A stretch of DNA of 64,000 bases from Oscillospiraceae bacterium (GTDB taxonomy: Bacteria > Bacillota > Clostridia > Oscillospirales > CAG-272): contig SVSP01000008.1 of the NCBI GenBank assembly GCA_015064255.1, positions 1,352 to 65,351 on the forward strand, in the 5' to 3' direction. Every line of letters starts with the position of its first letter. Within the stretch, counting starts at the first letter, position 1. The notes beneath the pieces are model-generated. The model searched no databases. It had not been told where the DNA came from and worked only from the letters and a program-made list of their open reading frames with translations. Position numbers and translations under genes: made by a program. Below are positions 26,545-35,297 of the stretch, one piece after another.

Positions 26545-28920
26545 ATGGACAAAAAAATTCATTCATTAAACGGATTTTGGAATCTGAGCTTCACACTCGA
26601 AGACAAAGCCTACAACACAACTATATCTGTTCCTTGCAACGTTGAGCCCACCCTTGAAAAGATGGGCCTTTGCGATGACTGTATGCCCGCAGATTACGAA
26701 TTCGCAACCGCAAAATTCGAAACTGTCGATGACTGGACGTACACTACCGTATTCGACGCCCCCGAGCTCCCCGACGGTTATACGAGAAATCTTGTATTCG
26801 AGGGTATAGACACCCTTGCAGAGATATATCTCAACGGAGAAAAGCTCGGAAACACCGAAAATATGCATATGTATTACAAGTATCCCGTAACCCTGAAGCC
26901 GACAGGCAACGAGCTTAAGGTCGTTATCAGAAGCGTTGACCTTTGGGCGCGCGAGCATCCTCACGACGAGTTCAGCAGACCGCTCTTCTTCCAGGGTCAT
27001 TACGACGGATTTATGAACGTCAGAAAAAACAGGCTTCAGTGGGGTTGGGACAACGCTCCCCGCCTTATCACTTCGGGAATAATCCGTGACGTATATATCG
27101 AGGATCTTCCTCCGAAGCGTTTCGAAAGTATGTACGTTTATACTAACGAAATATATAACGATTACGCTATAATAGCTATCTCTTACATCTATAAAACACA
27201 CACTAAGGTTCTTACAAATCACCGTCTGCGTGTTTCCCTTCTTGACGGCGACGAGGTTATCGGCACTTCACTCTTCCCTGCAAGATTTGTTCAGGGACTT
27301 GTAAAGTTCGGCGTAGAGCGCGGTAAGATCGAGCTTTGGTGGCCAAGCGGATTTGGCAATCCGAAGCTTTACGACCTCAAGATCGAAATGCTTGAGGGTG
27401 AGGATATCACTGCTGTCTACACACAAAAATACGGCATCCGTACGATAGACGTCGAGCATACCGACGATATTTCTGAGGACGGATCGGGTGAATTTCTCTT
27501 CAAGGTCAACGGTGAAAGAGTATTCCTGCGCGGAACAGGCTGGAAGCCGCTTGATCCTTATGCAAGCGAGGCGGACAAAAAGACAAGAGCTCTCGATGCA
27601 CTCAGAGAGATGACAAATCTCCACTGTAACTTCGTAAGAGTTCTCGGTGTCGGCATCTATGAGGACAAAGCGTTCTACGATTACTGCGACGAGCACGGAA
27701 TTATGGTATGGCAGGACTTTATGTTTGCTTGTGAAATTCCGTCGAAGGACGAAGAGTACGGCAAGCTTGTTGCAAAGGAAGCCGAGCAGGTCGTTAAAAA
27801 GTACCGCAATCACACCTGTCTTGCTCTCTGGTGCGGAGATAATGAATGTGATAAATGTATAGAATGGGTACAGCCCACCTCGCAGATACTTCCCTCGCAG
27901 GTAGCAATCACACGTAAGATAATTCCCGACATCATAGTAAGGTTTGACCCTTACCGCCGCTATATACACAGCTCTCCCGTGTCATCCGACCGTTTCCACG
28001 CAGCCCGTCATATCCGATGGACCCCGAGAGACGAATCTACCTTCCTCGTGCATACGGACAAAGGTGTTTTCTCTCCGACAGAGCTTCACTTCTACGTTCC
28101 GCCGCACAGATTCGCCCAGGCACTCAGAGAATCGAAAAACAAGATATTCAGCGAGATCGCGCCCGGTCCGCTTTGCGCTATTTCCAATGACAAGGCTACT
28201 TTTGAGAGAGAAAGAGCGAGAATGGAGCGTCTTTGGAACTGCCCCAGACTTGACAGTAACGGAACTCATCAGAACGACGGCTACTTCACCGTTTGGAGAA
28301 ATTCCGGAAAATTCGAATGCGAGCAGTTCTATGGCCGCGACTTCACCCTCGGTGAGTGGAAGGACTACACTCTTGCAGTTAATATTCTCTGTGCAGAGGG
28401 ATACAAGGACGCAGTTGAGTACAGCAGAAGTGTAAGATGGAGCAAAACAGGTGTACTTTGGTGGTCGCTCTGCGATATGTGGCCTATGGCATTCAACTAT
28501 TCGGTTATGGACTACAAGCTTGGACCGAAGCTCCCCTATTTCTGGATAGAAAAATCCCATCAGGAGCTTCTCCTTGCCGCTACGAGAACTGAAATCGGCG
28601 GAGAAATGTCGCTTTACGCTATTAACGATACTCTTAAAGACAAGAAGATCACATACAGCGTAAAATCCTACGATCAGAACGGAAACGGCAAAACACTTGC
28701 TGTCGGAACTGTATCGCAGGGAAGAAACTCTTCTTCGCTTATTCAGCGCATATACAACAGCGAAGAGTCCGAGCTTTGGATAATTACCTGGAGCGACGGC
28801 GAGCGCGAGTACAAAAACCACGCATTTACCGGCAAGGCAAGCTGGGACGTAATGAAAAAATGGGTCACTATTATTGCAAAAGAATTTGACCTCGAAGACA
28901 AAATACTCGAACTGAAATAA
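26545..28920 (+). CDS. GH2-family glycosidase, beta-mannosidase-like (paralog C, 791 aa)
   Basis: Same motif set. The N-terminal third is closest to paralog A and the C-terminal end is closest to paralog B. Confidence 0.8.
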   Translation: MDKKIHSLNGFWNLSFTLEDKAYNTTISVPCNVEPTLEKMGLCDDCMPADYEFATAKFETVDDWTYTTVFDAPELPDGYTRNLVFEGIDTLAEIYLNGEKLGNTENMHMYYKYPVTLKPTGNELKVVIRSVDLWAREHPHDEFSRPLFFQGHYDGFMNVRKNRLQWGWDNAPRLITSGIIRDVYIEDLPPKRFESMYVYTNEIYNDYAIIAISYIYKTHTKVLTNHRLRVSLLDGDEVIGTSLFPARFVQGLVKFGVERGKIELWWPSGFGNPKLYDLKIEMLEGEDITAVYTQKYGIRTIDVEHTDDISEDGSGEFLFKVNGERVFLRGTGWKPLDPYASEADKKTRALDALREMTNLHCNFVRVLGVGIYEDKAFYDYCDEHGIMVWQDFMFACEIPSKDEEYGKLVAKEAEQVVKKYRNHTCLALWCGDNECDKCIEWVQPTSQILPSQVAITRKIIPDIIVRFDPYRRYIHSSPVSSDRFHAARHIRWTPRDESTFLVHTDKGVFSPTELHFYVPPHRFAQALRESKNKIFSEIAPGPLCAISNDKATFERERARMERLWNCPRLDSNGTHQNDGYFTVWRNSGKFECEQFYGRDFTLGEWKDYTLAVNILCAEGYKDAVEYSRSVRWSKTGVLWWSLCDMWPMAFNYSVMDYKLGPKLPYFWIEKSHQELLLAATRTEIGGEMSLYAINDTLKDKKITYSVKSYDQNGNGKTLAVGTVSQGRNSSSLIQRIYNSEESELWIITWSDGEREYKNHAFTGKASWDVMKKWVTIIAKEFDLEDKILELK

Positions 28921-29019
28921 TTCAAATTTATTATCTCCTATCCGTTTTATATTGACAAAACCTAAAATATATGTTAAATTATCTATGGTTTTAAATAAAA
29001 ACGGATAGGAGATTTCTAC
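28921..29019 (+). promoter_or_regulatory. repeated regulatory module, copy 2 (upstream of the sulfatase)
   Basis: Arms at 28935-28948 and 28998-29011 (16 bp if the flanking AT is included), -35 at 28952-28957, -10 at 28975-28980. The right arm contains the sulfatase SD. Confidence 0.6.
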
Positions 29020-30543
29020 ATGAACAGACCAAACATTCTTCTGATAACAACAGACGAACAGCATCTGAAAACACTGTCCTGTTACGGTGCAACGACAGAT
29101 AGTACGCCGCGCATTGATGCCCTTGCCGCAAATGCAGACGTTTACGAGCGCGCTTATACCGTAAGTCCGGTCTGCCTTCCTGCAAGATGCAGTATTATGA
29201 CAGGTCTTTATCCTCACAACTCGGGTTCTGTAAGTAATATTTTCGGAGCTTCGCTTTCCACACAGCTTCCAAATCTCTTTACCGAACTTAAAAAGGTTGG
29301 ATACAACACGTCACTTCACGGAAAATGTCACTTTATCCCTGTTCCCTATCCCGCCACACGTCCCAATATGACGCTTGAGTACGAGCATTTTATTTCATAT
29401 TACCGCACGCTCGGAATGGACGTACTCGATCTTCAGGACGACAAAAACAATTCTCTTTGGTACTATGATGACTATTCAAAAGAGCTTGCCCGCAAGGATA
29501 TGCTCAAAAAGTGCAGATATGAGGCTCACGTAAACCCCGACAATCACGGATATTATGACTTCCCGTTTGAGTCCGAAATGCACCCCGATGCCTGGGTAGG
29601 AAACAGAGCGCTTGACCGCATAAGCTCCTTGCCGAATGACGGACCTTGCTTTATGTGGGTAAGCTTTTCGGGACCGCACTACCCCATAGATACGCCCAAG
29701 GAATATACCGACAGGATCGATCCCGACAAGATGGGCGAGCGAATATACCGTGACGGCGAGTGGGACGACGAAAGTAAATATCACTGCCGCGGATTCTACG
29801 GCCCTGGCACTACCGAAGGAAGCGGACCTGCCAAGGATCACGCGCAGAAGAATTACAGCGAGGAATATTGGCAGAGCTGGCGCAGAAGATATCTCGGAAA
29901 TATCGCACTTATCGACGAAAAGGTCGGCGAGATAATAGAAGCGGCAGAAAAGAAATTCGGTGACGATCTTCTTATAATTTACACGACCGACCACGGAGAA
30001 ATGATGGGCAACCACAGTCTTTGGGGCAAAAACGGCAGTCTTTTCGAGGACGTACTTCGAATTCCGCTTATAATCCGCAATCCCGGACAAAAATGCGGAA
30101 AGCGCATCGGAGAGACCGTAAGCTCACTTGACCTCTTCCCTACGATACTTTCTGCTGCGGGAATCACAGACATTCCCAAATGCGACGGTGCGCCTATCGA
30201 CACAACAGTTTCCCGCGGAGGTCTTGACTACATTATTTCCGAATGTGAAGACCGCGTTGCCATCGTAAAAAACAACATCAAGCTTGAACTCAACCGTGCG
30301 GGAGGAAAACCGAACCCCGCAAATCAAGCGGGAAGACTTTTCCTCGAGCTTTATGACCTTAGCGAAGACCCGTTTGAGTTTGAAAACAGATACTGCGATC
30401 CGAGATATGCTGACAAGATCAAAGAGCTTACCGACATACTCGAAAGCCACCCTTATCTGCTTGAAACCATACTCCGCGACCCTGTAAACGGCGAGGATTA
30501 TTGGCTCAACGACGGAAACGGCGCAGGATTTGCCAACAGATAA
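29020..30543 (+). CDS. Cys-type sulfatase (formylglycine-dependent, S1 family), cytoplasmic
   Basis: ILLITTDEQ N-terminus, C-x-P-x-R signature (SPVCLPARCSIMTG), and later TTDHGEMMG. No signal peptide. Confidence 0.85.
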   Translation: MNRPNILLITTDEQHLKTLSCYGATTDSTPRIDALAANADVYERAYTVSPVCLPARCSIMTGLYPHNSGSVSNIFGASLSTQLPNLFTELKKVGYNTSLHGKCHFIPVPYPATRPNMTLEYEHFISYYRTLGMDVLDLQDDKNNSLWYYDDYSKELARKDMLKKCRYEAHVNPDNHGYYDFPFESEMHPDAWVGNRALDRISSLPNDGPCFMWVSFSGPHYPIDTPKEYTDRIDPDKMGERIYRDGEWDDESKYHCRGFYGPGTTEGSGPAKDHAQKNYSEEYWQSWRRRYLGNIALIDEKVGEIIEAAEKKFGDDLLIIYTTDHGEMMGNHSLWGKNGSLFEDVLRIPLIIRNPGQKCGKRIGETVSSLDLFPTILSAAGITDIPKCDGAPIDTTVSRGGLDYIISECEDRVAIVKNNIKLELNRAGGKPNPANQAGRLFLELYDLSEDPFEFENRYCDPRYADKIKELTDILESHPYLLETILRDPVNGEDYWLNDGNGAGFANR

Positions 30544-30547
30544 AAAC

Positions 30548-30597
30548 AACAAAAACAAGATTTGGAGCGATTCTAAGTCTTGTTTTTGTTATTTTTT
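30548..30597 (+). terminator. intrinsic terminator after the sulfatase gene
   Basis: A 13-bp stem (AACAAAAACAAGA / TCTTGTTTTTGTT) followed by ATTTTTT. Confidence 0.7.
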
Positions 30598-30691
30598 ACA
30601 AAAAACGGGGGGGAATTTTGTATTATCTGTACATTACATTTTTTGCTGAAATATGGTATAATTTAATTACTAAAGATACGGAGGTAAAATT

Positions 30692-31501
30692 ATGAAAAAA
30701 CTGTTGCTTATAATGCCGAGTGTGCTTATACTTCACTTTTTATTCTGTTGCTTTTTATCGCTTCGCGTCAGAAATCCTATGTCAATTGAAAAATTAGGTA
30801 TATATTATCTCCTTACTTTTCCTTTACTTCTGCTTTGCGCGTGCATTTTATACCTTATAGTAAATTTACTTCAAAGACCTCGCCGTGTCTGTGTTTTTAT
30901 GATTATTGCCGTTTTATCGGATCTGTTACTCATCTTTACATATATAGAGTCATTTACATACAAAGAAACAGCTTTTATGGACTTCATAACTGATATTTTG
31001 GGCGGCTATGGAAATTTAATAGTACTACTTATTACAATCCTTTTCATTTCGGTTTATCTTGAAGTCGTTACTACCTTCATCAAAAACAGAAAAGGTGAGG
31101 TCGGAGATTTTGAAACGGACGGTATGAAAGTAAGTACGCTTATAATATCGAGTGTATTACTGCTGTACTATATCGTAACACTTATTATAGCTATTTGTGT
31201 AAACGACAGTTTGAGCTGGCTGTATCCTACATTCGTATATGCTGCTTACTTCCCTGTTTTACTTTCGGTTATCGTAATTGCAAAAGCAGTAATAAAGCTC
31301 GTGTGCAAGCCGCATCGCTGCAATATTTTTGCACTTCTCGCCACTGTTTGTTCGGTAGTACTTCTGATTTTTCATATACTTCAGCCGGAATTCACGGTGC
31401 AAGGTTACCATTTAAATGAAGCGCAAATAATCGGTCTGACTTTCGCTCCTATTTGCATCCTTATGTATCTTGATTTTCTTTATGGCTTTGAAAAGAGTTA
31501 A
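30692..31501 (+). CDS. hypothetical polytopic membrane protein (about 8 TM helices)
   Basis: Hydrophobic segments throughout and an ACGGAGG RBS. No family recognised. Confidence 0.55.
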   Translation: MKKLLLIMPSVLILHFLFCCFLSLRVRNPMSIEKLGIYYLLTFPLLLLCACILYLIVNLLQRPRRVCVFMIIAVLSDLLLIFTYIESFTYKETAFMDFITDILGGYGNLIVLLITILFISVYLEVVTTFIKNRKGEVGDFETDGMKVSTLIISSVLLLYYIVTLIIAICVNDSLSWLYPTFVYAAYFPVLLSVIVIAKAVIKLVCKPHRCNIFALLATVCSVVLLIFHILQPEFTVQGYHLNEAQIIGLTFAPICILMYLDFLYGFEKS

Positions 31502-31509
31502 AAAAGCAA

Positions 31510-31539
31510 AAGCTCCCTCGTGTAAGGGAGCTTGTTTTT
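31510..31539 (+). terminator. intrinsic terminator
   Basis: AAGCTCCCT / AGGGAGCTT stem followed by GTTTTT. Confidence 0.75.
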
Positions 31540-31625
31540 AACAGTAGGTTTTCTCTTAAATTTTCACACACATTTCTTGGCTGCAACAAAAAACATCGTA
31601 TTTCTACGTAAAAATCAGAAAAATA

Positions 31626-31654
31626 TTGATTTTTATGCGCTTTGATGATATAAT
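31626..31654 (+). promoter_or_regulatory. promoter TTGATT-N17-TGaTATAAT
   Basis: Consensus extended -10, about 40 nt upstream of the 31697 CDS. Confidence 0.55.
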
Positions 31655-31696
31655 GTAAACGACAAAACTTCCGCTGAAAACAAAGGAGATAAGTCT

Positions 31697-32026
31697 ATGA
31701 AAAAATGGATGGTAGAAGATTGGAAATTTGATTTGATCGTCACAGAGGGAAAAGCTTCAAATTGCCGTCTTGGATTTGAAAAAGGCGACAAATTCACATT
31801 TTCGTATGAATGTCCTGCCGGAATGTGCCCTAAAATGATGACCGAAGTATACACCTATTGCGAAATTATCCGTTGCGGCGGTGACTTCACATACAGAGGC
31901 TCGAAAGAAAAATACGAAATAGATTTAGTATGCCCTTGTAACAGCATTCATTTTCATCTCAAGGCAACTCCAATAAACAGAGATGAAAACGGAAACGCTT
32001 TCCCGAGCTTTCCGCCCAAAGATTAA
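31697..32026 (+). CDS. small Cys-rich protein, TIGR04076-like
   Basis: 109 aa with CRLGFEKGDKF...CPAGMCPKMM, resembling the TIGR04076 family pattern (from memory). AAAGGAG RBS. Confidence 0.45.
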   Translation: MKKWMVEDWKFDLIVTEGKASNCRLGFEKGDKFTFSYECPAGMCPKMMTEVYTYCEIIRCGGDFTYRGSKEKYEIDLVCPCNSIHFHLKATPINRDENGNAFPSFPPKD

Positions 32027-32047
32027 TAACCCTGTACAAAAATCTCA

Positions 32048-32075
32048 CCCCGACAGACTTTAAAATCTGTCGGGG
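32048..32075. terminator. bidirectional terminator hairpin (CCCCGACAGA/TCTGTCGGGG family)
   Basis: A 10-bp stem between convergent genes. Confidence 0.65.
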
Positions 32076-32098
32076 ATTATTGCTGTTATGATATTAAA

Positions 32099-33043
32099 TC
32101 AAACGCCGAAAATAGTAAGAATTATCGGAATGGTTATAACTGACAGCACGTGAGAAATAAGTGCCATACCTGCCGCGACCGAGGTATCTTTACCGTATGC
32201 CGCGGGAACAACGACCGTGTTAAGTCCGAGGGGCATCGCAAGAGAGCAAAGCATACATACGAAATAATATTCTTCAAGCTCAAACGCGAAAAGCTTCTGA
32301 AGCAGCAGGAAAACTCCCGCAAACACGCAAGGAACGACGATAAGCCGCATAAACGATACGAAATATATGCTGATATCCGAAAGCACCTTCCTAATATTTA
32401 TGTTTGCAAACGTTATACCCGTAATTATCATCGCAAGAGGGGACATACAGTTTCCGCAGGTATTTACAACGCTTGTTACAAATCCGGGAAGCTTTACTCC
32501 GCTGATTCCGATAAGTGCGCCTATGATAAGTGATATGAACATCGGATTTGCAAGCGCTTTAAGTCTTGCAAGAATACCTTTTTTATCGCCCGTATCTATC
32601 AAAAGATTCGGCACACCCCAAACGTATATAAGCGTCCACAGCGGAAGTGTGAAGATTATATAGTACATTTCATATTCGGGGAAAAGTGCGCTGACGATCG
32701 GAATTCCCATAAATCCGAAATTACTGAACGCAAGTCCGTATGTATATATCTTGCGTATATATCCGTTTTTGGTAGCGAGTTTTGACGAAAGTATCGCAAT
32801 CGGAATTACAAGAAGCTCTATCACAAAGGAAAACAGAAGTATTTTCCACGCTGAGCCGAGTTTTTCTACTGTAAAATTCGTGATAAACGTTCCCATAACG
32901 AGTGCGGGAATGAAAATATTATTTTCAAGCTTGGAAAGCACACTCGATGCGTCGGAGTTTACTACTTTTAATTTTGCGACAGCGAAACCTATAAGTATAA
33001 ACAGCGCGAGAACTGCCATCTGGTTTAGTGAGATTATTAACAT
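32099..33043 (-). CDS. AEC (auxin efflux carrier) family transporter
   Basis: About 10 TM helices. The N-terminus and length are typical of the AEC/2a69 family. Confidence 0.7.
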   Translation of the reverse strand: MLIISLNQMAVLALFILIGFAVAKLKVVNSDASSVLSKLENNIFIPALVMGTFITNFTVEKLGSAWKILLFSFVIELLVIPIAILSSKLATKNGYIRKIYTYGLAFSNFGFMGIPIVSALFPEYEMYYIIFTLPLWTLIYVWGVPNLLIDTGDKKGILARLKALANPMFISLIIGALIGISGVKLPGFVTSVVNTCGNCMSPLAMIITGITFANINIRKVLSDISIYFVSFMRLIVVPCVFAGVFLLLQKLFAFELEEYYFVCMLCSLAMPLGLNTVVVPAAYGKDTSVAAGMALISHVLSVITIPIILTIFGV

Positions 33044-33065
33044 TTTTGTGATTCACCTATTATTT

Positions 33066-33845
33066 TTATTCTTTAGTGAGATCTCTGCCTTCCCAGTCTT
33101 TATCGGGAGCTATGCCGAGAATTCCCGCAATAGTGGGGGCAATTTCGAGAAGCGAAACGTCTTCAAGCACCTTTCCGCCCTCAAATTCTTTGCCGTAGAA
33201 GAAAAACGGAATAGTCATATCCTCGGGCATCTCCGTACCGTGTGCGCGGTCGTGTCCGCCGTGGTCAGCCATAACGATCACCGAATGTGTTTCGCCGAAC
33301 TTATCTATCATTCGTTTGATATTATCTACAGCGATAGAAATGCGGCGCAGATATTCCTCACTCATCCAGCCGTTATCGTGTCCGCCCTTTTCGTCGGTTT
33401 CAACCATATAAAGGAATGTGAAATCGGGGTCATAACGTTCGATTATTCTCTCTGCGTGGTCAGTAAGTACAGTATCCGAGCTTTCTTCTGTATATGCGTT
33501 TACATAGACCGCGTGCTTAAGCGTTCCGGGAAGCGCGATATCACGCAGAGGCTCCCAACCGTACATCATAGCGCTGACACCGCCGTTATCGTTTATCTTT
33601 TCAAAGATACCCTTTATCGGGCGAACCTGCGGAACGTATGTATTTGTGAGAAGTCCGTGTCTTTGCGGTACAGCCGAATGTGTCATAGAAAAATGGCAGG
33701 GGAACGTAACAGACGGAACCATCGAGCGTCCGTTATACGTATATGAGCAAAGCTTTTCCATTGTTTCAAGATAAGGGTTTCCGCAAGTTTTCAGTCCGTC
33801 GGGGCGCATACCGTCAACCGATATCAATATAACTTTTTTATCCAT
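33066..33845 (-). CDS. alkaline-phosphatase-superfamily phosphodiesterase / nucleotide pyrophosphatase-like
   Basis: ILISVDGMRPD, TFPCHFSMTH (nucleophile region) and VIVMADHGGHD. Confidence 0.65.
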   Translation of the reverse strand: MDKKVILISVDGMRPDGLKTCGNPYLETMEKLCSYTYNGRSMVPSVTFPCHFSMTHSAVPQRHGLLTNTYVPQVRPIKGIFEKINDNGGVSAMMYGWEPLRDIALPGTLKHAVYVNAYTEESSDTVLTDHAERIIERYDPDFTFLYMVETDEKGGHDNGWMSEEYLRRISIAVDNIKRMIDKFGETHSVIVMADHGGHDRAHGTEMPEDMTIPFFFYGKEFEGGKVLEDVSLLEIAPTIAGILGIAPDKDWEGRDLTKE

Positions 33846-34052
33846 AAGATCAAATTCCTTTCTTAACTCAGAAACAAAATACTAAAGGATAGTATATCGC
33901 AAAATCAAATAATTGTCAAGGTATTTACAAAACTTACTTCACTTTTCGACATCATTTGCCTTCAAGTAAAAGAGCCGAGCAACTGCTCGGCTTTCAGACT
34001 GAAAACAAAATAATAAAAGAGAAGTTTTTAGCCAAGGAAAGGGGATGAGAGT

Positions 34053-34105
34053 CTGAGAGAAGGGGAAAAACTTCGGCGTTTGAGATGGTTTTCCCCTTCT
34101 CTCAG
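34053..34105. repeat. perfect 17-bp inverted repeat (CTGAGAGAAGGGGAAAA ... TTTTCCCCTTCTCTCAG) with a 19-nt loop
   Basis: Read directly. It lies in a 360-bp intergenic region that holds three further hairpins. Confidence 0.8.
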
Positions 34106-34204
34106 TTAATGTTTGTGAGTTTGTCTACACTTTGAATAGGTAATCAAAGAATGATTACCGTTTTTAAGCTTGAGGGTTTTAGGGAACTTTTTTCAAAAAG
34201 TTCC

Positions 34205-35140
34205 CTAAGAATTATTCTTAGCAGGAAGCTGTGCGAGAATAACAGCGGCGAACATAATTACAGAACCGATTATCTCGCGTATTGAGGGAATCTGACCTAG
34301 AATCGCAAAGCCCGAAAGAACGGCAAAAACGGATTCACAGCTCATAAGCAGGGAAGCGACGGCGGGGTGAAGATTTTTCTGTGCAACTATCTGTAAGGTA
34401 AATGCAATACCGCTTGAGAAAGCGCCCGTGTAAATAAGGCTCTGCCAAGCAGGGAGAATCATCTCGGGACTCGGCTTTTCAATAAGTATCGCGGGAATTA
34501 CTGTTATAAGCGCGCAAAAGAGAAACTGCAGACAGGAAATAAGAACACCGTTTACGTCTTTTACGAAATAATCTGCGGCAAGAATCTGTGCGGCAAATCC
34601 GAATGCACAAAGGATGAGAAGACTGTCGCCGATGCTTATGGTAAAGCTGTCGGTAACAGATAAAAGATAGAGAGCAACTATTGCGAGAGCAACGGAAACC
34701 CAAAGCCTCGGAGAAACCTTTTGCTTAAAGAAGAGTCCGAGGATAGGAACTATCAGAATATACATCGTGGTGATAAATCCCGCTTTTCCGATATTTCCGC
34801 CGCTTTCGGTAAGATAAAGTATGCCGTACTGCTGACATATCATACCTACGCTGAGAAATATTCCGCAAACTATGCCGCCTTTAATTGCCTTTGGAAGAAT
34901 TACTTTTTTCGAGGTGCTGTCGGGCTGAAGAGCGTTTTCTGCAAGTAATTTCTTTTTCTGTATCTTTTGAATAACCAAAAGTACGGGAATGAGGGCAAAA
35001 AATCCTATAAACGACCGTATGCAAACAAAGGACAACGGTCCGATATGCTCCATACCGAGGCTTTGAGCAATAAATGCGCTTCCCCAAATAAGTGCGGCAA
35101 GTAGGAGAAGCAGAGATGATGTAATGCTTTTTGAGTTCAT
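34205..35140 (-). CDS. DMT-superfamily (EamA-type) transporter
   Basis: 10 TM helices and a duplicated EamA pattern (ALIWGSAFIAQ...). Confidence 0.75.
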   Translation of the reverse strand: MNSKSITSSLLLLLAALIWGSAFIAQSLGMEHIGPLSFVCIRSFIGFFALIPVLLVIQKIQKKKLLAENALQPDSTSKKVILPKAIKGGIVCGIFLSVGMICQQYGILYLTESGGNIGKAGFITTMYILIVPILGLFFKQKVSPRLWVSVALAIVALYLLSVTDSFTISIGDSLLILCAFGFAAQILAADYFVKDVNGVLISCLQFLFCALITVIPAILIEKPSPEMILPAWQSLIYTGAFSSGIAFTLQIVAQKNLHPAVASLLMSCESVFAVLSGFAILGQIPSIREIIGSVIMFAAVILAQLPAKNNS

Positions 35141-35252
35141 TTTTATTTCGCCGTAAAATCTTTAAAATGTTTACGGCACCTTTCCGGAAACTTTACTTCG
35201 TATAATAAGTTTTACCATAATATCACGGTATATTCGCGATAAATAAAGACAG

Positions 35253-35277
35253 AGAAAGGTCTGAAACAGACCTTTCT
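35253..35277 (-). terminator. terminator hairpin after potD
   Basis: AGAAAGGTCTG / CAGACCTTTCT stem with T-rich flanks. Confidence 0.6.
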
Positions 35278-35297
35278 TTATCTTTATATGCATCTTT

